From a virus (lineage: Duplodnaviria > Caudoviricetes), in IMG/VR virus record IMGVR_UViG_3300028833_000119, positions 1-64,000 of that record: a stretch of DNA of 64,000 bases; one strand, written 5' to 3'. This document shows positions 56,680 through 64,000 of this stretch, piece after piece; the first letter of the stretch is position 1, and every line of letters starts with the position of its first letter. The notes below the pieces were generated by a model, which saw nothing but the letters and a program-made list of their open reading frames with translations, ran no database searches and had not been told where the DNA came from. The translations under genes were made by a program, and so were the position numbers.

Positions 56680-56739
56680 AAGACGCTAACAGCAAAAATT
56701 ATACAATAACAATTGGAATGTTACTATGCATGCGTCTTG
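56680..56739 (+). repeat. AAGAC(G/C)C...CAGCAAA...G(C/G)GTCTTG RNA repeat, copy 1 (internal taaca-atTGGaa-tgtta arm)
   Basis: 7-bp closing stem, conserved CAGCAAA and a 5-bp/7-nt anticodon-like hairpin. Confidence 0.7.
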
Positions 56740-56763
56740 TTATTTTATATCGGAGGTGCTTAT

Positions 56764-57216
56764 ATGCTTTGCTGGAACGTTTATGTAAGTGACTTTAATT
56801 CCGGCAGGATTAAACCTTATAACATCTTTCAGCACTACGGGTTTTATAACGAGTGCGTGAAAGCGAAGAAAAAACACAAAGACGACAAAGAAGGTTTTGG
56901 AAAAGACGTGCATGGCTGGCTGATGTATTACTTCTGGTCGAAATGTGAATGGGAAGTCATCCTGGACCACTGGCCGTCCGGCGAGTTTTATAACATGCGC
57001 AAAGTGCTGACGCTGGAGGAAATGTACCATGACCTGAAGTATCCGGAAGACAAACTGTTCAGCGCGCCTGATAGGCGGTTCGAGATCCGCGTATTTCCGG
57101 AACACAACCGGTTCAGGGAAGAAAAGATTGACGTTTTTGCCCAAGTGGAAAACAACTGGGATATTTTTATTGATTGGCTATGGGATCACCGCAGTGAGTT
57201 GAAAGCGAGAAAATAA
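56764..57216 (+). CDS. Conserved hypothetical phage protein
   Basis: RBS GGAGGT; WNVY..DFN...YNIF...YYFWSKCEWE...KIDVFAQV. Confidence 0.75.
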   Translation: MLCWNVYVSDFNSGRIKPYNIFQHYGFYNECVKAKKKHKDDKEGFGKDVHGWLMYYFWSKCEWEVILDHWPSGEFYNMRKVLTLEEMYHDLKYPEDKLFSAPDRRFEIRVFPEHNRFREEKIDVFAQVENNWDIFIDWLWDHRSELKARK

Positions 57217-57217
57217 T

Positions 57218-57514
57218 ATGGCGAAGAAAGAAGTAATGCTTGGTGTGCCGGATAGTCCGGAAGTTGAAAATGAAATAAGTTTGTTGGAGCATCGTGCTAT
57301 TTTGTTTGGGTTCCCGGAGCATGCTGTCGAGATTGAGATTCAGGCGAAGGTTTTCGAAAACGGAGAACTGCTGAACGTAACAAAAAAAATGGATATGGAT
57401 GAGATCCGCGAAGCTTTCCGGAAAGCGGATGACGGTTATGTTGATGATGATGATAGATTTGTGATTACCGATAAAGGAATTGCATATCTGGAAGAACACA
57501 ATCAGCCCACTTAA
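57218..57514 (+). CDS. Hypothetical protein
   Basis: Operon-packed ORF. Confidence 0.65.
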   Translation: MAKKEVMLGVPDSPEVENEISLLEHRAILFGFPEHAVEIEIQAKVFENGELLNVTKKMDMDEIREAFRKADDGYVDDDDRFVITDKGIAYLEEHNQPT

Positions 57515-57618
57515 AATCAATACAATTTTATAAGTAATGATAAGTAGATGAGTATTTACCCATCTCGTTTACCGGAGGTTCACTGACCATACTATTATTA
57601 ATGGGGTGATCATACAAA

Positions 57619-57978
57619 ATGAAGGCGAATCGATATGCGCGGAAGCGCCGGCACAAACGTGAGCTTGAGAAGAAATATGCGAAGAAGTATGCGTATGGTT
57701 CCGGACAATATGATGTTCAATGGTTGCGTGAAAAGTTGCGGCGTGAAGCCCAGGAAGACAACTGGTGGATTCGAAGGCATCCTCCAAAGAATAATGGTTG
57801 GGAGTACTGGAGGACATATTCCCTGTCCGGCAGGCGCGGATATGCAAAGAAATATTCAGACAAATGTATCCGGCAGAAGTACAGGCAAATGATCAAGTGC
57901 ATTGATCCGGAGGATGTGATTGCGATGAGGGGCGCTGATTATGAAAAAGAGTATGACTATTCGTGGACGATTTGGTAA
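57619..57978 (+). CDS. Basic hypothetical protein
   Basis: K/R-rich; RBS GGGGTG. Confidence 0.65.
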   Translation: MKANRYARKRRHKRELEKKYAKKYAYGSGQYDVQWLREKLRREAQEDNWWIRRHPPKNNGWEYWRTYSLSGRRGYAKKYSDKCIRQKYRQMIKCIDPEDVIAMRGADYEKEYDYSWTIW

Positions 57979-58486
57979 ATGGCGTGAGAAGCGCATGATA
58001 ATCCGGAAGAACAAGGAACTGTGTGAGCGGTTCCCTTTTTTGATACCATGGCACAGGTTTACTGGCGAACGTTTCGTACAGCTGGACAGGCACGGAAAAA
58101 TGAAAGCTGTTCATGACTATGACTGGTCGTATACAGAACTTGACAGTATGCCGGATGGGTGGCGCAAAGCATTCGGAATGAAGATGTGCGAAGAAATCCG
58201 CGAAGAACTGATCAAGTGGAATGATCTTGACCGCTGGCAGATTATTGAGATGAAAGAGAAATACGGGCAGCTGCGTATTTATGACAACGGCATAAAGATT
58301 GGATGTCGTATTCATGATATCGAGAGAAAATACGAACAGATCAGCGAGCGCACATGCATCGTGTGCGGTGCGCCTGCAACAAAGATGACGCTTGGATGGA
58401 TTTCGCCGTACTGCGACAAATGCTGTCCGGAAGAGTACAGCGAGCCGATCGGCAAATATTTAAAGGGGGAAGATACAATTGTCTAA
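57941..58486 (+). CDS. Conserved hypothetical phage protein
   Basis: DSMPDGWRKAFG...EMKEKYGQLRIY...S..TC..CG...GWISPYC. Confidence 0.75.
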   Translation: MKKSMTIRGRFGKWREKRMIIRKNKELCERFPFLIPWHRFTGERFVQLDRHGKMKAVHDYDWSYTELDSMPDGWRKAFGMKMCEEIREELIKWNDLDRWQIIEMKEKYGQLRIYDNGIKIGCRIHDIERKYEQISERTCIVCGAPATKMTLGWISPYCDKCCPEEYSEPIGKYLKGEDTIV

Positions 58487-58892
58487 TGAAATACAGGTAA
58501 CTGAAAAGATGGCAAAGTTTATTGACTGGGTGACCAGCCTTGGCGAAGATGAGGTGCGTAAACGCATCCGGGATAAAATTAATGAAATCAAAAACCTGCC
58601 GCCGAACGTGCGCGACCGGGACGGTTATTACTGGGATATCCGGCTTGAGCCGAACGATGGGAATGATCAGTACAAACACGGCGGCGACTGCAATCTGTGT
58701 AAACGGCTGAAGTATTGCGGGACAAAGTGCGGAGCAAATAAGGTTTTGAAGAAAATTACAACGCCTTATCTGTACCAGATGTATATTGACGAAAACCCGG
58801 AAGTTGCCGCAGAAGAGGCAGCTGGTCGGATTACACCGGATGATATGTTGAAGATTGTGGGTGCGGACGATGGACAGCAGCCTGTTCTTTGA
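58479..58892 (+). CDS. Hypothetical protein with Cys cluster
   Basis: GDCNLCKRLKYCGTKC. Confidence 0.6.
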   Translation: MSNEIQVTEKMAKFIDWVTSLGEDEVRKRIRDKINEIKNLPPNVRDRDGYYWDIRLEPNDGNDQYKHGGDCNLCKRLKYCGTKCGANKVLKKITTPYLYQMYIDENPEVAAEEAAGRITPDDMLKIVGADDGQQPVL

Positions 58893-59163
58893 TGATATTA
58901 CATGGTGCATGAAAAGCGATTGTCCTATGAGGACATGCAGAAGGAACTCCGTGAACATGATCGATCGCACAGGACTTCATTCGTTCGCGATATTCAAAGG
59001 AACGGCAGACTGTCCGATCAGCCAGTCCCTGGACGAGTGCATGGACGGATGCCTTTACGCAAAAGAGTGCTTCGCAAAACACGACGATCCGGATGAGGCT
59101 TTGAGGGTGCTGGTGGAAGAATACTGTGACGACTGTATGTTTTCTTCTGCGGAGGAAGATTAA
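58870..59163 (+). CDS. Cys-rich hypothetical protein
   Basis: DITWC...CP...C.R pattern. Confidence 0.6.
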   Translation: MDSSLFFDDITWCMKSDCPMRTCRRNSVNMIDRTGLHSFAIFKGTADCPISQSLDECMDGCLYAKECFAKHDDPDEALRVLVEEYCDDCMFSSAEED

Positions 59164-59408
59164 TGAAAGAGATTATTACTGAAAAGCAAATGAAGGATGC
59201 GTTCAGGGTTGCGTATGATTTTATGAACAAACATAATTCAATCCTGCATGAAGCGGATGAGTATACCCGTACGGTTAACGAGATTTATGGGGTTGCAAAG
59301 ACATACGGTGTTAATCCTTTGATGATGCGCCTGGTTGTTGCATGCTACGAATTTATCTGCGACAAGTCATTTGCAATTCGTTCACAGGAGGGAAAAGATG
59401 ACACCTGA
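59163..59408 (+). CDS. Hypothetical protein
   Basis: Coupled start and stop codons. Confidence 0.6.
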   Translation: MKEIITEKQMKDAFRVAYDFMNKHNSILHEADEYTRTVNEIYGVAKTYGVNPLMMRLVVACYEFICDKSFAIRSQEGKDDT

Positions 59409-59583
59409 AGAACTTCTTGAAGATCTTGAGACATGCACAGGGCCTTGCGGACGGATGTGTATGTCATGTCCGGAAAGCAGGTATGTTGCAGAAATCCGCG
59501 AAGTGCTTGTAACGCTTATGGATGAAAACAAGAAATTGCGCGAGGCGCTCAGAGGATATACAGGGGAGGTTGATTTTTTATGA
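59398..59583 (+). CDS. Small Cys-containing hypothetical protein
   Basis: CTGPCGRMCMSCP. Confidence 0.55.
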   Translation: MTPEELLEDLETCTGPCGRMCMSCPESRYVAEIREVLVTLMDENKKLREALRGYTGEVDFL

Positions 59584-59678
59584 TCAGTGCATGGTGGCTG
59601 CTGTTGATTGTTCCCGCGTCGGCGTTGTTGGGTATTTTTTGTATCGCTTTATGTTCGGCATCGAGGACAGATGACTGA
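59580..59678 (+). CDS. Small membrane peptide (DUF3789-like size)
   Basis: MISAWWLLLIVPASALLGIFCIALCSAS. Confidence 0.55.
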   Translation: MISAWWLLLIVPASALLGIFCIALCSASRTDD

Positions 59679-59731
59679 CATGCTTGCATATTTGCCGATT
59701 TATTTAATTATATAAGAGGGAAGGGATTATA

Positions 59732-60415
59732 TTGGCGACAGGACATAAAATTATCGAACCTTCCGGCAGGACTTCTGTTGCGATGATCGATAACCATGAA
59801 AGTGCCGTTGCGTATGTGAACGGCATATAGGAGAAGTGGTCCGGTTATTGCGATAAAAATTGGTTGAACGATTCCGGTGATGTGTATACGCCGGAATTGA
59901 AGATCAAGTATTTTCTTGACGGACTTGCTTATTTGCTGCTGATCGGAAACACGGATGGCATAGAAACGAACTATAAACGTGTGATGAATGCGAAGCGTGA
60001 GATTCCGGCGTCAAGCTGTCCGAGTGAAATCGAGAACCTGTTGTATGGAACCGGATGCTCGACGGATTACGCAGAGGAAGAGGAAGCCCAGTTCCGGGAT
60101 ATGCTGGACAGGCTTGACAGCAAAGCGGAGCCTTATGAATGCAGGAAAACAAAACGAGACAGGAAATGCAGCCTGTTTGCGAAGAAACTGCAGAAAGGCA
60201 TACCGGACGGAGACTGGTATCTTGTTGATACGGAAGGAAGATTCAGGGTCGGCGACCAATGCTATATTATCGAGGATAACGCTGTACAGTACCAGCCGGT
60301 CCAGACGGAGTACGGCAATTATTACGCGATGGATAAAGTCCTGTATGCTGGCGGCAAATTCTACGATATGAATTATGACGAAGTGATTGTCCTTCAAGTC
60401 GGGACGGAGACGTAA
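59732..60415 (+). CDS. Conserved hypothetical protein with in-frame TAG at 59828-59830
   Basis: TTG start after the GAGGGAAGGG RBS; MATGHKIIEPSG...AVAYVNGI*EKWSGYCDKNW continues in frame into ORF 59864-60415. Confidence 0.7.
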
Positions 60416-60428
60416 AACCCGTCTGCAT

Positions 60429-60535
60429 AAGACGCACACAGCAAACCATATACATATTAAAAACTTCTTAATAATAGTTTTCCGGCAACGCCTCCTGACA
60501 GTGCGGACCAGTGCCGGCCTTTTTATTGCGTCTTG
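60429..60535 (+). repeat. AAGAC(G/C)C...CAGCAAA RNA repeat, copy 2
   Basis: aagacgca/tgcgtctt stem with internal hairpins. Confidence 0.7.
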
Positions 60536-60541
60536 TCTTAT

Positions 60542-60615
60542 TGCCTGTTAGCTCAGTCCGGAAGAGCGTCGCACTGTTAATGCGAATGTCACAGGATCGA
60601 AGCCTGTACAGGCAG
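60542..60615 (+). tRNA. tRNA-Asn (GTT), CCA not encoded
   Basis: Acceptor tgcctgt/acaggca; anticodon arm tcgca-ctGTTaa-tgcga; T arm acagg-atcgaag-cctgt; G73. Confidence 0.9.
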
Positions 60616-60713
60616 CGAATTGCGGTATAAGTTTTCGGACTTATATCTGGGTGGCCGGATGCGTCCGGCTTCCTGCACCAAGCTGTGCGAAACATCCGCC
60701 GAACGGCGGACAT

Positions 60714-60793
60714 GGCCGTGTATGCAAAATGGAAAAGCAGTGGCTTCTAAACCCATGGAATTATTCTGGGTTCGACTCCCAGCTCGGCCACCA
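60714..60793 (+). tRNA. Amber suppressor-type tRNA (anticodon CTA, 60747-60749) with Leu-like body and encoded CCA
   Basis: Acceptor ggccgtg/ctcggcc, A73, CCA; D arm tgc-aaaatggaaaa-gca; anticodon arm gtggc-ttCTAaa-cccat (C31:C39 mismatch); ~9-nt variable region; T arm ctggg-ttcgact-cccag. Confidence 0.8.
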
Positions 60794-60856
60794 AAGACGC
60801 TTGCAGCAAACTTGAAGCATCAGACTGTTAATCTGAAGAAGCTAATCGGCGTCTTG
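60794..60856 (+). repeat. RNA repeat, copy 3, with tRNA-Asn-like anticodon arm
   Basis: aagacgc/gcgtctt stem, CAGCAAA and tcaga-ctGTTaa-tctga. Confidence 0.75.
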
Positions 60857-60866
60857 CTACATTTTG

Positions 60867-60928
60867 AAGACCCATACAGCAAACAACTGATGAAGCTACA
60901 GAGGATGATGAGCAGAAAGCGGGTCTTG
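60867..60928 (+). repeat. RNA repeat, copy 4 (compensatory GACCC/GGGTC stem)
   Basis: aagaccc-atacagcaaa...gggtcttg. Confidence 0.7.
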
Positions 60929-60948
60929 GATATTTCAGCCAAGAGGAA

Positions 60949-62169
60949 GTGAAGGGATTGAGCAGGTCTATTGAATCGCTCAATGTAAAGGAAAAAGCGA
61001 GCCTTGTCCAGGAGATGCTGGACAAGAAAACCGGGGTTTTGGATAAAGACTGGTGCGACATGGTCATGGATTACGATCTGGATTGTAATCCGGAAACCCT
61101 GCGGAAAGCCGGGGTCGGCGTAAAGCTTGCAAGCGACGCAGGAATGTGTTTCCCGATTGACGGCGCTGTAACCCGCGACGTTATGGATGGTTATGTTGAG
61201 CGCCAGAAACTCTATGACCTTCAACGCGGAATCAGGAAAGACCTGCGCGAACAATCCAGAAGCGAGCTGCTTCGGGAGATGATCTGCAACGCGATTAAAG
61301 CGCTGCCGAAGATCAATGTGTCTGTATGCCAGGAGAGAGTTGAACATGAAGCCGACAGAAGCCGCGAGCTGGTTGTCGGGATCGGTGATTTCCATTACGG
61401 CGCCAGGTTTACGGTGGAAGGCCTGTACGGCGAGGTGCTGAATACGTATGATCCGTATGTGTTTGATGAACGGATGGGAATGCTGATTCACGAGGTTAAA
61501 CAGATTGCGAAAACACACAAACCGGAAATGATTACCGTGATGATTGTTGGCGATATGCTGGACGGAATGATTCATACATCGCAGCTGACGAGGCTTGAAT
61601 ACGGCGTTGTCGAGAGCGCGATGCGGCTCAGTGAATATCTTGCGCAGTGGCTTGCCGAACTGAATCGCGAGACAGGCGTCCCGGTTCGTGTGTACGCTGT
61701 CCGTGGAAACCACGGCGAGATCAGGCCGCTCGGAACCAAGGCAGGACAGTTCCCGGAGGAAAACCTGGAGCGGGTTGTTATGCATTACCTGGCCATGCGT
61801 TTTGAGGACAACGACGTTATCCTCGTAATGGACGATGACGCGCCGATGAGCCGCGTTGTTGATGTGCTGGACTACAACTTCCTGCTGCTCCATGGACAGG
61901 GAAACGACATTGAAACAATCGCCCGTGACTGCCAGACACTCTATAATAAGAAGATAGATGTGTTTATGGTCGGGCATTTACATAAAAACCAGACGTTCAC
62001 CGCAGGAATGGGACGGAACGGCAATGTGCTGATCGAGCGGATCCCGAGCCTGTGCGGAATGGATCCCTACGCGCAAAGCAAAGGATACGGGTCTCCGCCA
62101 GGTGCGACTGTGATCGTGATGGAAAAAGGATACGGACGCAAGTGTGTGTATCCGATTGTATTAAGCTAA
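60949..62169 (+). CDS. Calcineurin-like metallophosphoesterase
   Basis: GDFHYG, GDMLDG, GNHG, LLHG and GHLH motifs. Confidence 0.88.
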   Translation: MKGLSRSIESLNVKEKASLVQEMLDKKTGVLDKDWCDMVMDYDLDCNPETLRKAGVGVKLASDAGMCFPIDGAVTRDVMDGYVERQKLYDLQRGIRKDLREQSRSELLREMICNAIKALPKINVSVCQERVEHEADRSRELVVGIGDFHYGARFTVEGLYGEVLNTYDPYVFDERMGMLIHEVKQIAKTHKPEMITVMIVGDMLDGMIHTSQLTRLEYGVVESAMRLSEYLAQWLAELNRETGVPVRVYAVRGNHGEIRPLGTKAGQFPEENLERVVMHYLAMRFEDNDVILVMDDDAPMSRVVDVLDYNFLLLHGQGNDIETIARDCQTLYNKKIDVFMVGHLHKNQTFTAGMGRNGNVLIERIPSLCGMDPYAQSKGYGSPPGATVIVMEKGYGRKCVYPIVLS

Positions 62170-62261
62170 CGGTTGATATCAGAGCTGAATGAAGCTCGCC
62201 CGGGGAGATGCCTGCATCATCCCGGGTTTCTTTTTAATTACAGGAAACAGAGGTTTGAAGG

Positions 62262-63128
62262 ATGCCGAAAAAGAAAACGCCGGCAAAGCTGTGCGTCCGG
62301 TGCAACCGCATCCTGCCGCTGGAAAAGTTCAGCCCGAACAAACTCTGGGCTTCCCAGCAGTACAGGGATGCCTGGTGCACAGAATGCGCAAAAGAGTTTT
62401 GCAAAGATGAAGAAACAGTAAAGCGGTACTGCTTCGAGAACAACAGGAAATTTAAAGAAGTTGCATGGGAAGCCGCAAGGAAGAAAGCGGCATACGACCT
62501 GAACAACAACAAAGTATACCTTAATCCAATGACCACTCCGGAAAAGAAAAAAGAAGAGGAAGCCTTGGCACAAGCCAAGGCTTTTTTTAGTTTGAAGAAC
62601 AGCAACTACGCTTATGAGTACGAAGAGAACATCCATGTTGCGGACTCTACACAGGATGAAGTTGTGCATGAGTTTGTAGATGATAAGAACAAGCCTTATT
62701 ATGACAAGATATGGCAGGGCTGGTTCACGCCGGAGCAGGTTGAGTGGATGAATGAAAAGTATGTACAGTATTCAGAAGACTTTGTCCTTGACAACATCAA
62801 TATGCAGGACTATACGCGCAAGGTAATCAAGGCGTCACTGAATGCCGACCTTGCGGAGGACAGGATGCGTCGTGGGCAGGGGACTCCTGATGAGTACATG
62901 AAAGCGCAGAAAATTTTTGATGACCTCAGCAAGAGTTCAAACTTTGCGGCTTGCCGGAGAAAACCCGGCGAGAGCACAGGTATGGGATCTCTTGGTGAAA
63001 TTATCCTAAAGCTTGAGACACAGGGTTACCTTGATGAGAATCCTTATACGTTCCCTGATGATGATATCGACAAGGTGATTCAGGCTTATCAGTATACACT
63101 CGAATCAATCGGGATGGATATCAGATAA
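62262..63128 (+). CDS. Zn-finger protein upstream of terL (possible terminase small subunit/packaging factor)
   Basis: CVRC...WCTEC; stop codon overlaps the terL start. Confidence 0.6.
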   Translation: MPKKKTPAKLCVRCNRILPLEKFSPNKLWASQQYRDAWCTECAKEFCKDEETVKRYCFENNRKFKEVAWEAARKKAAYDLNNNKVYLNPMTTPEKKKEEEALAQAKAFFSLKNSNYAYEYEENIHVADSTQDEVVHEFVDDKNKPYYDKIWQGWFTPEQVEWMNEKYVQYSEDFVLDNINMQDYTRKVIKASLNADLAEDRMRRGQGTPDEYMKAQKIFDDLSKSSNFAACRRKPGESTGMGSLGEIILKLETQGYLDENPYTFPDDDIDKVIQAYQYTLESIGMDIR

Positions 63129-64000
63129 TGCCTTCGATCGACAAAGCGTCTCAGATCAGGGAACTCAAAAATTTTGTAGCGTGGCAAAAACAGATATGGT
63201 TCTGGCGTACACACCTCGACCGGTTTATTGAAGATTATTTCAAGATTAAGCTGAAGCCGAGCCAGCGTGTGGATGCACGAATCCTCGGCAATTTCCAGAG
63301 CATTGACCTGGTGAAAAACCGTGGCGCAGGCAAAACGTGGCTGATTGCGATCTGTGCGATTGCGCTCGGTGTTTTGTATCCGAACAGCTCAATTGCCGTG
63401 ATTTCAAGTACAGCTGAACAGGCAGTGCTTGTCGTAAAGAAAATCGAAGAAAAATTTTTACAGTATCCAGATGTGCTGCGCGAGATTAACGCAAGCCGAC
63501 ATAATAAGCCGGTACAGGTAAATCCGCACAAGGGTGTATGCTGGCTGAAGAGCGGAAGCAAGATCGAGAGTTATTCGATGGGTACGCTGAGAGGTAACCG
63601 CGCAAAGATCCTGATTTGTGACGAGGCGCCTGAGATCGCGAAGAACGACCTTGACGCCGTTGCAAAGCCGATTATGAACGAGACGCGTGATATCTGTATC
63701 CAGCGCGGCATTGAGGATTACGACAGCAAAATTATCAGTATTACTTCAGCATGCCTGAAAAACAATTATTTCTATACGTCTTTTGTAAACATCCTGAAGC
63801 GGATGTCCGCCGGTGAAAAAGGATGCTTTGCATGGGCGATGACATATCAGGAAGCAGTCCGCGAAGGGATTTCAAAACAGTCATATTTTGACGACCAGAG
63901 GAAAGATATGACGGAAGAGAAATTCATGATGGAATATGAAAGCAAATTCCTTGGCGCTGCAGAGGGCGCTGTGTTCCCGTTTGAACTGACGGATAAATGC
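63128..64000 (+). CDS. terL: Terminase large subunit (truncated by the window end)
   Basis: Not in the ORF track (no stop in window); open frame with Walker A KNRGAGKT, Walker B ILICDEA and ITSA coupling motif. Confidence 0.9.
   Translation, partial: MPSIDKASQIRELKNFVAWQKQIWFWRTHLDRFIEDYFKIKLKPSQRVDARILGNFQSIDLVKNRGAGKTWLIAICAIALGVLYPNSSIAVISSTAEQAVLVVKKIEEKFLQYPDVLREINASRHNKPVQVNPHKGVCWLKSGSKIESYSMGTLRGNRAKILICDEAPEIAKNDLDAVAKPIMNETRDICIQRGIEDYDSKIISITSACLKNNYFYTSFVNILKRMSAGEKGCFAWAMTYQEAVREGISKQSYFDDQRKDMTEEKFMMEYESKFLGAAEGAVFPFELTDKC

Noticed and set aside
60714-60793. Reading the tRNA as Arg(TCT) or as tRNA-Pyl
   Set aside because: The TCT register leaves 3 of 5 anticodon-stem pairs mismatched. 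The Pyl hallmarks (tiny D loop, 6-bp anticodon stem, 3-nt variable loop) are absent and no pyl genes are present.
56680-60928. CRISPR-like repeats
   Set aside because: The copies are irregularly spaced, with paired ends enclosing variable interiors rather than identical repeats separated by spacers.
1-64000. TGA recoding (code 4/25)
   Set aside because: TGA is the commonest stop here, usually in ATGA start-stop overlaps.

Overview
The window is an internal 64 kb segment of a large temperate tailed phage, probably infecting Clostridia/Firmicutes. No host genes and no CRISPR array are visible. Layout: the end of a rightward late operon (holin-like gene) converges on an intact attP-like site (3' half of tRNA-Cys) and a tyrosine integrase. 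A ~49 kb leftward arm carries many small early genes, a recombination module, a sigma factor, a primase-helicase, DnaE, an RNA ligase, class III RNR, ThyX, dUTPase and RuvC. A ~1.9 kb non-coding divergence region holds a candidate large structured RNA and a DnaA-box cluster. The rightward arm carries an AEP primase-type Rep, an RNA cluster, a metallophosphoesterase and the start of the large terminase. The most striking signal is apparent amber (TAG) recoding. The phage encodes a tRNA with a CUA anticodon and a Leu-like body. Three genes, including ruvC, contain a single in-frame TAG where Leu would fit. None of the >100 likely genes whose stop I read by eye ends in TAG. Other notable items are a four-copy covarying RNA repeat family (two copies carry anticodon-like arms), a tRNA-in-tRNA-like element, a phage-specific promoter motif, a tandem paralog array with a shared DNA junction, and a phage RemA homolog. 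All family assignments come from motif recognition only; no searches were run.
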